From Octopus vulgaris (taxonomy: Eukaryota): a stretch of 64,000 nucleotides of DNA. The notes beneath the pieces are model-generated. The model worked only from the letters and a program-made list of their open reading frames with translations. It made no database searches and was not told the origin of the DNA. Position 1 is the first letter of the stretch, and the number at the start of each line of letters is the position of its first letter. The translations under genes were made by a program, and so were the position numbers. Below, piece after piece: positions 26,666 to 36,064 of the stretch. The stretch lies in the NCBI GenBank assembly GCA_951406725.2, contig OX597814.1, positions 172,980,001 through 173,044,000 of the forward strand, read 5' to 3'.

Positions 26666-27093
26666 CAAGTAAAAAATAGAAAATGCTAAAATAATTTTAT
26701 AGTGAACATTTCAGTACCGGTTTCGGTCATTTTGAGACCTTTTCAACTGTAACGATTAAATAATTAAATTTAGAAAAATTAGAAGAAAAGTTTTTTTAAA
26801 AGAATATTTCTATAGTAGTGTTCATATTTAAGTGGCATTCTGCCTTTCTCTGTCTCCCTTGTTTGCACTTGTGTGTTCGAGGTAGTTGTGAGTTCTTGGT
26901 AGGGTAGTAGAGGGAAGGCTGGTGAGGAAAGGGGGTGGGAGAATCTGGGAGTGCCCTGATGGTCGTATTTTGAATGGTCAGTGGCGGCTGGCAGTCTCAG
27001 TTCAATTCAGGAGAATATTTATATTGACAGGTTTGTTTATAGAATTAGCGTAGGTGTTATACTAAAAAACATTAGTGACAAACTTAAGGGGTA
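26660..27093 (-). repeat. 3' pseudo-LTR (~434 bp)
   Basis: Direct repeat of 31058-31491; only two substitutions noticed by eye (CTCTGTCTCC/CTCTGACTCC, ACAGGTTTG/ACAGGCTTG). Confidence 0.95.
26712..26749 (-). ncRNA. Minimal type I hammerhead ribozyme, U3:A8 variant (3' pLTR)
   Basis: Minus strand: CAG-UUGAAAA-GGUC-UCAAAAU-GACC-GAAA-CCGG-UA-CUG. Stem I CAG/CUG, stem II GGUC/GACC, palindromic stem III ACCGGU, GUA cleavage triplet. Confidence 0.85.
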
Positions 27094-27097
27094 GGGG

Positions 27098-27340
27098 GTG
27101 GAGAAGAAGAAGAAGAAGAAGAAGAAGAAGAAGAAGAAGAAGAAGGAGAAGGAGAAGGAGAAGATGACGATGATGGTGATGGTGATGATGATTATGACGA
27201 CGATGATGATGATAATGATGATGATGAAGAAGAAGAAGAAGAAGAAGAAGAAGGAGGAGAAGGAGAAGATGGTGGTGATGATGGTGGTGATGATGATGAC
27301 GTCGATGATGATGATAATGATGATGATGAAGAAGAAGAAA
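27098..27340. repeat. (GAA)n/(GAT)n compound microsatellite within the PLE 3' UTR
   Basis: Two similar GAA-GAG-GAT blocks between the ORF2 stop and the 3' pLTR. Confidence 0.9.
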
Positions 27341-27471
27341 AAAACAGAGAAGGGAGAATATGAATGGGTGTAAATATAGCTATGAAGGGGCTGATTAGTA
27401 ATGGATTCTATGGAGTGTAGTATTTGTGTGTGTAAATATATTTTTTTCTTTTATTCTAAAGTTGAGGTATA

Positions 27472-29817
27472 TTAATTGTTTGTCGTAGACCCGTTAAGAA
27501 GTGGCTTGTATTTTGTAATAAAGAGATTTTCTTTACTTATTCGTTGTCTCGAGGTTGTATCGTCCCTAAATTGGTAGAGGGGGAAGTTTGGTGTTTTTTT
27601 GTTGGCGCAAGTATCTATGTGTTGGCTAAAAGCTATTTTTCTGTTTTGGGGAATTTTTATCTGGGATCTGTGCAGGGCCATTCGTTTACGCAAACCATTT
27701 TTTGTTTGGCCTATGTACTGCTCTTGACACCCGGAGCAGGTTAGTGAGTATATTAGGTTCTCCGAAGCACATGTGAAGTTGCTTTTCACTGTAAACCGTT
27801 GTCCCTGTTTGAAGGAGAACTCAGAACCCTCGATTAGATAGTCGCATATCCCGCAATTGGGTCTTCCACATTTTTTTACTGTCGGCTTCTGTGTTGAAGA
27901 GTGAATTCGGGCTTGTGTAAGGAGACTTTTCATGGATCTAGGCTGTCTTTTGCTTTTTATGATCGTGTGTGTTTGGAGGATTGTGTTCATTCTGTGGTCT
28001 TTTTTTAGGAGGGGTATGTTGTGGAGGATGGTGTCGAAGGCTTCGTTATTGAGAGGGTTGTGTGTGGAGATGTATGGTAAGGCTTTTGGTTGTAAGTTTT
28101 TCTTTGATTTGGGATGTCTCAGTTCCTTGATGTTAAGTTGAAGGGCACGTTGAATGCACTTGTCAATAAGTGAAGGTGGATAGTTCCTGGTGATTAGGGT
28201 ATCTTTTAGTTCTTGTAGTCGTGTGTCTCTGGTGTTTGCGTTAGAGACTATAGTGCATATCCTTTTTGCTAGATTGAAGGGGATATTCATCCTGGTGTGT
28301 CTGGGGTGGCATGAATTGAATGGAAGATATTGCTTAGAGTCTGTAGGCTTATAGTATATGTCTGTTTCTATTATATTATTAGCTTTCTTAATGAGGATAT
28401 CGAGGAAGGGGAGTTGTTGTTGGCTATATTCCATCGTGAATTGGATGTTTACGTCCAGTCCGTTTAAAATTTTCTGGAATTCTATGAGTTTTTCTATATT
28501 TTTATGCCAAAGGATGAAACAGTCATCTAGATATCTCTTCCAGTTGTTTTCTATGTAGATGGAGAAAGGGCTGCCATATCTTTCTAGAACCTTACGATAC
28601 AGACTGATCTCTAGGTATCCTATGACTAGGTTGGCAAAGGAGGGGGCCATTCGTGTACCCATCGCAGTCCCCGATTTTTGTCGGTAGAAGTTGTCATTGA
28701 AGGCGAAGAAGTTATTTTCCAGGATGAATTTAACCCCTTCTATCACAAATTCTTTTTAGATGCGGTGTGGTAGTTCGTTGGCGTGATTCTCTAGCCAGAA
28801 TTGGATTGCCTCTAGTCCTAGGTTGTGGGGGATATTGGAGTAGAGGTTGACTACATCGAAGGATACCAGTATGGTGTTTTTGTTTATAGTATTCGGTAGG
28901 TGATTGAGCATATCTAAGTCGTCCCTTATATAGCTTTTGACTTGTTTGAGGAGTGGTTTTAACAGGGTGTCTAAAAAGTTACTGAGGCGGTGGGTTTCGC
29001 ATGCAGGACCTGCTATTATGGGTCTCAATTTGAGGTCATTAGGATTAGGGACTTTAATTATTTTGTCTGTAGCTATCTTGCATGCGTTGCTTATTTTTTC
29101 ACTTTTGTGGATCTTAGGTATACCGTAGAATTGGCTAGTTTTACTTGTGAAATTGGTCATATAATCATATTCTTTGTCGGTGAGCCCTGCTTTGTATGGG
29201 TTTAATATGGATTTTAGTTCCCTCATTATTTTTTGTTGACTGTAGTTTTGTGCCTTTTCATAGTATGTTGTGTCTTCCAGCATAGAAAGTACCAAAGTTA
29301 TGTAAAATGTCGTATCCATTAAGACAACAGCACTCCCTTTATCGGCCTCTTTGATTGTTATTGTTTTATCTAGTTTTAATTTGTTCAACTCAGCCCATTC
29401 TTTTTTGCTGAAGTTTGGTTTGTGTTTTTGTTTGTGCATATGTTGATATGGGTAATTTGATATGTGGTCACAGAAATCATCAAGTGTTTTATTCTTACCT
29501 TTCGAGGGGGTGTAGTTACTCCTATTTCTGGCTAACGATTCGTCCTCGTTGTATTTATCGTATAGCTCCTCAGTAAGTCTTAATTTTCTGCAGAATTCTG
29601 CGATGTCTTCTTTCATTTCATTGTAGTTGGGGTGTTGTGGGGTGGGTGTAAACTTGAGTCCTTTGGAAAGTATGTTTATTTGGTTTGCTGTTAGTTCCTT
29701 GTGAGTTAGATTAATAATTTTTATTACTTTTGGTTCCTCCTGCTTGTTTGGTGCTATCTTGTGTCTCTGTGTTTGCGTATTGGGTCTAAAAAATGAATGC
29801 GGTGGTTGGGACGGTAG
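27472..29817 (-). CDS. PLE ORF2: reverse transcriptase + Cys linker + GIY-YIG endonuclease; one in-frame TAA at 28756-28758
   Basis: ORFs 28756..29616 and 27472..28746 are the same frame (ELPHRI*KEFVIEG), and the frame is open upstream to 29817. Motifs: INLTHKELT...LSKGLKFTPT, EADKGSAVV, FYGIPKIHK, LRPII, VSFDVVNLYSNI, GTAMGTRMAPSFAN, RYLDDCF, LPFLDI, NLIYSLTCSGCQEQYIGQT..LRKRMALH. Confidence 0.95.
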
Positions 29818-30989
29818 CTAGTATATAGTTGTTCTTTGTTGATTAGGGGTCTCCTGTTGTGATTTATGGTGTGTGTTCTTGGAGCAGTATTGAGGAGAGC
29901 ATCCCGATATCCCATATTCGGGTGTGGTGTTCTAGGAGGCCTTCGTTGGTAATCATTGCAAGTGGTGTGGGTTTGTTGTGCATGGTTGTTTAACCGGTTA
30001 ATGGGACGAAGATTTCGTTGGTAACTCCTTTGGGTGGGGATGAGGTTGCAGTGTCTATGCTGTGGGTGTTGATTTATCCTTTCTCTGCTTGAAGTGGGGG
30101 TATTCCTGATATTGTATCGCTGGCTGCTTACAGAGTTAGGGTTAGGTCCTGTATTCTTTTTTTGATAGTAGTGAAGGTTCCGATTTTTAGACAGGTGTGT
30201 ATCGGTGTTTGGGTGTTGTTTTGGTTTTCTTATTTTCTGGAAAGGGTTGTTGGAGGCGTGCTCTGTTTGAAAGACGGCTTCATAGTCTGAGAACCAAGTG
30301 ACGCTTTTCTCCCAGCGTTGGAGAGATTTTAGTTCTTCTTTTTCACAGTCCTCTTTCCATAGTTTGGAGAACTTCTCTTGATCTGGGCCTTGGGTCATTT
30401 TGCGAATTTCTTCGTTGATATCTTCATCGGTGGATTTTATTTTATCCTCATTCGTTTGGGCCCTCAATTTCAGAAGTTTTATTTCCATTTTCATTTTTTC
30501 CAGTGCCATTCTCTCCCTGAGGTGTCTTTGTGTTTCAGGTTCTTCTGTAATAGCTTTGAACTGGAATTTACGTGGGAGGATTAACGGGGTCCGGTTGAGC
30601 CATTTTTCGTATATATCCGCTTTGTTGTTGTTTTGGATCATCTTCCAAAAGGCGAACTTTCTATCTCTGAGTGATTTGTTCCATTGTGGTATTATGTGAT
30701 GTTTTATTTGGTATGTTGTTAGAGTATTGATCCCATATATTGACGCGTTTGGAGGTCCTTGGTTAGCGTTGTTAGAGAAAAATGTTCTAATTGTTTCGTA
30801 TAAGTTTCCAAGGTTTTCGACAATTTCGGAGGTTGTATTTTTCGTATCTGTTTCTTCATTGTTCTCTCGATTGGGTTGAAGTGTCGAGTCGAATTTGTTC
30901 AAAAAAGTTGACAAATTTGTGTTGATTTTCTTGAGTTCTTTCAGTATTTCTTCGTTTATGGAGGTGATTGTGTCTGTTTTTGTCGGCAT
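29754..30989 (-). CDS. PLE ORF1, ~411 aa helical/coiled-coil protein with basic low-complexity C-terminus (function unknown)
   Basis: Uninterrupted ORF (track 29754..31040; first ATG MPTKTD at 30989) between the 5' pLTR and RT. Heptad-like stretches INEEILKELKKINTNL and ALEKMKMEIKLLKLRAQ. Confidence 0.8.
   Translation of the reverse strand: MPTKTDTITSINEEILKELKKINTNLSTFLNKFDSTLQPNRENNEETDTKNTTSEIVENLGNLYETIRTFFSNNANQGPPNASIYGINTLTTYQIKHHIIPQWNKSLRDRKFAFWKMIQNNNKADIYEKWLNRTPLILPRKFQFKAITEEPETQRHLRERMALEKMKMEIKLLKLRAQTNEDKIKSTDEDINEEIRKMTQGPDQEKFSKLWKEDCEKEELKSLQRWEKSVTWFSDYEAVFQTEHASNNPFQKIRKPKQHPNTDTHLSKNRNLHYYQKKNTGPNPNSVSSQRYNIRNTPTSSRERINQHPQHRHCNLIPTQRSYQRNLRPINRLNNHAQQTHTTCNDYQRRPPRTPHPNMGYRDALLNTAPRTHTINHNRRPLINKEQLYTSYRPNHRIHFLDPIRKHRDTR
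29787..29793 (-). promoter_or_regulatory. Candidate -1 ribosomal frameshift heptamer U_UUU_UUA
   Basis: ORF1 frame CAT TTT TTA GAC (HFLD); -1 frame TTT TTT AGA CCC continues without stop into RT. Confidence 0.7.
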
Positions 30990-31057
30990 TTTCTGTATCT
31001 CGTGTGGGTTAATGATATGTATAAGGGTGAAAAGGAACACACGAGTTGATATATATG

Positions 31058-31491
31058 AAAAAACAAGTAAAAAATAGAAAATGCTAAAATAATTTTATAG
31101 TGAACATTTCAGTACCGGTTTCGGTCATTTTGAGACCTTTTCAACTGTAACGATTAAATAATTAAATTTAGAAAAATTAGAAGAAAAGTTTTTTTAAAAG
31201 AATATTTCTATAGTAGTGTTCATATTTAAGTGGCATTCTGCCTTTCTCTGACTCCCTTGTTTGCACTTGTGTGTTCGAGGTAGTTGTGAGTTCTTGGTAG
31301 GGTAGTAGAGGGAAGGCTGGTGAGGAAAGGGGGTGGGAGAATCTGGGAGTGCCCTGATGGTCGTATTTTGAATGGTCAGTGGCGGCTGGCAGTCTCAGTT
31401 CAATTCAGGAGAATATTTATATTGACAGGCTTGTTTATAGAATTAGCGTAGGTGTTATACTAAAAAACATTAGTGACAAACTTAAGGGGTA
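31058..31491 (-). repeat. 5' pseudo-LTR (~434 bp)
   Basis: Direct repeat of 26660-27093. Confidence 0.95.
31110..31147 (-). ncRNA. Minimal type I hammerhead ribozyme, U3:A8 variant (5' pLTR)
   Basis: Identical to 26712-26749. Confidence 0.85.
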
Positions 31492-31496
31492 TAATA

Positions 31497-31640
31497 TTCT
31501 TTTATTCTTTTACTTGTTTCAGCCATTTGACTGAGGCCATGTTGGAGCACCGCCTTTAGTCGACCAAATCGACCCCATGGCTTATTCTTCGTAAGCCTAG
31601 TACTTATTCTATCGATGTCTTTTGCCAAACCTTTAACCTA
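31497..31640 (-). mobile_element. SINE family A 3' fragment
   Basis: TCTTTTACTTGTTTCAGCCATTTGACTGAGGCCATG... reverse tail. Confidence 0.85.
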
Positions 31641-33413
31641 TATAACATCTATGCTGCTTTGAGAAACGTTGCTGAAACGATGCGATGCTGCGAATTTGGA
31701 TTTAACTCCTCAAGAGCATATACTTTTCCGTCGACAATCAAAGTGTCTAGAATATAGATTTGCAGTAAAAACACGAACATGTTAGAGAATACTATAATCG
31801 AATGAATGAACTGCTGTGTATGTATATTACGTCTCATATGATAGACCTTTTTGATTAGTTGTATATACATACAAATACACACAAATTAAACAGCTAACGG
31901 TAGATACAACTGAATAACGGGAACACTCTTGGTGGATAGCATGGCTTCGATAATATATAAGTGCATGTTTAGCTATGTTCTAAACAATGCATTTATAATA
32001 ACAGCTATTTTATATTGAGAGAATATATGTGGTTCTAACTATACTAAATTTGAATCTCGGTTCTTTGTTTCTTAAATCTGCAAGTTTATTTTCTGATATA
32101 AGCTAGAAATGATTTCTGAGAAAGAATTCATTTTCATGTTTTATGTTGACGCAACGGAATTTTTCTCTGGATAATCAACAGCTCTGGAATGGTTTATTTT
32201 TGATATTAACTGCTATATAAATATGTATAAAGGCTTCATGCACAATTCTAAGCCAACTAAAATTGACGGAATCCAGCTCAATCGAAAATATGATTTATGG
32301 TTAAACTCGTATGTTATTTTCTAAATGAAATAACTTCTCTGCTATATTGTTTTATAGCAAAGCTAAATAAACATTTTTTTTTGAAATATGTAATTAATAA
32401 TACACGCTGAGTTCTTATTTATCACTCCCCCATCTCAGACGATTGAAATGTAAATATAAGTGACCTTAGAATGATTTGAACACAGATCTTAAATAAACAA
32501 TATTAAACAGCGTAGAGCAGGTTATCTGATATTGATAACAATAAAAATATGCTTCTAACTTGGTTCTGAAGGAAAATTAAGTTGTTATGCCACAAATTAA
32601 GATATATGCTTTGAGGATAACATTGAAAAAAGGAAGAAAAAAATGAAACACTTGTTAACTAAATGCAGCAACATAAACTCGCGATAAGCTTTAAGATTTA
32701 TCAGAAATGAATTGAGACAAATGATGAAAGAAAAAGTCACGGAGCAATAGATGCCATATATAATAGATTGATAACTTATACTTCCATCATAGCAGAAATG
32801 CGTTTTAGTTTTCTGTAGAAAAACAAAGAACAAAATACTAAAATACTCCGCTGCATTCTAAGTGATGAGATGATGTATCACACAAAATAATATCTACTAT
32901 TTTCGTATGAAATTGGTTCAAGATGTTATTTCAATGTTTTCTTCGTTTTCTTGATTGCATACACATTTATTTCTATTTCAAATCGAAAATACTTTTGATG
33001 CGCTTTTCTTTTACATTAAAGTAATTGGCATGCATTTAGAATGAGTGATGCGATTCGGGGTGACTTATGCAAAGGTGCTGTTGCCGAGATTGTGAAAGGT
33101 AGTGTTTGGGAAATTTTTAAGGCAATGTGTGAGATTGTGTAAGGCAATGTGCGAGATCATAAAAAAGCCAATCAAGAAAATAGAAACAGTGAGAGTTTAT
33201 AAGTTTGATTTTCATTTCATGGCTTTGTTGACAGAGGTTGTGGTTGTTAGGGAATAATAAAACCAGCAACAGTTAGTGGTGTATAAGCTTTCTCCTTACT
33301 GCTTTGTAGAATTGAATTCTCAAGTAGCCATGTCTGCTTAGCCGTAAAGCGCTACTGAAAGATATAAACAAATTTTCTCTGTAAACTGCGTTGTGAGTCA
33401 TGGAACTTAACAA

Positions 33414-33823
33414 TACTCTTTACTCTTTTACTCTTCTACTTGTTTCAGTCATTTGACTGCGGCCATGCTGGAGCACCGCCTTTAGTCGAGCAAATCGAAC
33501 CCAGGACTTATTTTTTGTAAGCCTAGTACTTATTCTATCGGCCTCTTTTGCCGAACCGCTAAATAACGGGGATATAAACACACCAGCATCGGTTGTTAAG
33601 CGATGTTTGGGGGGACAAATACAGACTCGCAAACACACACACATATATATACATATATACGACGGGATTCTTTCAGTTTCCGTCTACCAAATCCACTCAC
33701 AAGGCTTTGGTCGGCCCGAGGCTATAGTAGAAGGCACTTGCCCAAGATGCCACGCAGTGGGACTGAACACAGAACCATGTGGTTGGTAAGCAAGCTACTT
33801 ACCACACAGCCACTCCTGCGCCT
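33414..33823 (-). mobile_element. Full-length SINE family A
   Basis: Reverse complement of 11216-11627. Confidence 0.95.
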
Positions 33824-34632
33824 ATACATATATAACTTTATTTGACCGTTGATTTCTATATTACAAACGTTCTTCTCGTCAGTATATTATTTCCAGTAAT
33901 TAAACAGAAAATGATAAAATGAAATTCGACTGTTGTAGAGGTAAGCATATTTCCAATCATCAGGTATTTCTCGGTATTTTTCGTGAGGTTATCATTTTCA
34001 TAATATCAGTATTAGTGACAGAAACTCTAATTTTTATTCAACTACGAACTAATTTTCCATTTATGAACTACGAACTAATCAATCCTAGTCAATCACATAA
34101 GTTCTCAATGAAAAATAGATGTTCTTATGAGATGCTTTGAATGACAACTGCATTAAGATGAGCAAGTGAACGAGAACCCTCATCTCGTCCTCATCGATAG
34201 ACATACAAGCATGTGCTACCGAATTTCTCAATTTCTTTTAAACCTTACTGTGTCATTTTAAAAGAAAAGAAAAGACATTTGGCGGTCCCGTTCCCGTAAT
34301 ACAAAATGGTTTTGTATCCTGAACGTCCACTGACAAAATAAAACCGTGCACACGGCGCTCTACATACCTACCAACTTACTATTCTGAAGCTTTAGATGAT
34401 TATTTCGTTTCTTACACGGTTTAATCAGTATGGAAAATTTTAAATAGACTTAAGACTACATGAAGTTCATCTTTAGTGCAACAAGCCTTCCATCACGATC
34501 TCTTCTAATTACCAAAGCCCTACAATGTAGTTTGGATCCAGTTGCACAGTGATGGTCACTCTGAGTTTGATAATTTATGCAGCACTGATACTTGACCCAC
34601 GACTTCATGATGTCTATAGAGTTAGAGCCTTT

Positions 34633-34853
34633 AGGCGGCGAGCTGGCAGAATCGTTAGCACGAAGGGCGAAATGCGTAGCCGTACTTCGTCTACCATTAC
34701 GTTCTGAGTTCAAATTCCGCCGAGGTCGACTTTGCCCTTCATCCTTTCGGTATCGATTAAATAAGTACCAGTTTCGATATAATCGACTCAATCCGTTTGT
34801 CTGTCCTTGTTTGTTCCCTCTGTGTTTAGCCCCTTGTGGGTAGTAAAGAAATA
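34633..34853 (+). mobile_element. SINE family B with 18 bp target-site duplication
   Basis: TATAGAGTTAGAGCCTTT (34615-34632) and TATAGAGTTAGAGCGTTT (34854-34871) flank the copy. Confidence 0.93.
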
Positions 34854-35963
34854 TATAGAGTTAGAGCGTTTCAGCTGAACTGCCGTCATTTTTTTCATAA
34901 TGGATTACCTAAAATAAAACAGTCAGGTGTAGGATAAGCGCGTTGCATTATTTGTTCTTGCTCTTTATATTCTAGGTTCAAATCCTGCCGAAGTTAACTT
35001 TACCTTTTATCCATTCGATAAAATAATGTCCCAGTCACGTACTAGGGTCGACGGTATCGACAGGTACGCCGCTTCTCAAAAATGTCAATCTTGTGCCTAA
35101 ATCAGGAACCATTATTGGTAACTCTTGATTGCAGGAGTAAGAACCAAAATCCACAAAGTGATTTGAACTCGGGACATCTACTGAAGACACTAAACTTTGG
35201 CATACAATGCTCTTTTACTGTTAATTTGCTAACCGATTATTCCACAACTCTCGTTGATTATTTTACTTCTAACACAGACTAATCATTGTATACAAGTTTA
35301 GACAGACCGAAAATTACACGTAGTTCATCCTCACTAGATCCATGATTTAATAGCTTTCAGCACTAAATTTTCTTTTGTGAGAACCGTTAAATTTTTTTCT
35401 CCCCTTACTTGAAAATCCTAAATAAAGTGTCAGAAAACGGACAGTAAAATTTGAAATTCTTATTAAATTATACGTGCTGTTGTCATCTGGGCTGCCAGAT
35501 TGCCATCAATTGGTGTTGTACATTTGGTCACCCCCATTGGTCATATAATTAAATCATATAATGAGCTACAGTAAAACAGACACTACTACTACTTCCCCTC
35601 AACCAGCGAGCGGCAATGTTTAAGTCAAGCACTATCGGATAGAATTACATCTAATTAAGACAGCGATCCGACCCTAGCGGTAGGTGGCAAGTTAATTCTC
35701 CAGAGTGGCAGGTGAGTTTAGTTCATACACTTAATCGTTGCGACATTAACGGGTTGGTTTTCGTATTTTACCCCATCTCTTTCCTGTTCCTATATAAATA
35801 TATGCAATGAAACCCCTTAAATTCTCGGCGTTAACTATGATATGTAAAGTTCATAGGTTGACTAGTACTCATCGCAGTTATTTTGTCATTGAAGGGAAAC
35901 AACTGACCTCAAAAGGGACACGTATTGCTGACATTATCCATTTAAGATTCGATCTTTATATAT

Positions 35964-36064
<101 letters not shown>

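Larger units (their letters stand above)
26660..31491 (-). mobile_element. Near-intact Penelope-like retroelement (probably Neptune clade): pLTR-ORF1-ORF2(RT, GIY-YIG)-3'UTR-pLTR
   Basis: Direct terminal repeats with hammerheads, RT motifs, C-terminal GIY-YIG, and a CxxxxCxxC linker (CGRPNCGIC) typical of Neptune/Nematis-type PLEs. No integrase, protease or RNase H recognisable. Confidence 0.95.

Noticed and set aside
27098-27373. Poly-K/M ORF
   Set aside because: Triplet microsatellite on the antisense strand of the PLE 3' UTR.
28746-28758. Two separate RT genes, a frameshift, or selenocysteine recoding at the ORF break
   Set aside because: Both ORFs are in the same frame and the stop is TAA, not TGA.
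27544-31077. Plus-strand ORFs over the PLE
   Set aside because: Antisense shadows of the A-rich coding strand with no motifs.
26660-31491. LTR retrotransposon or retrovirus interpretation of the direct repeats and frameshift
   Set aside because: No TG...CA termini, PBS, protease, RNase H or integrase; RT and GIY-YIG are Penelope-type.
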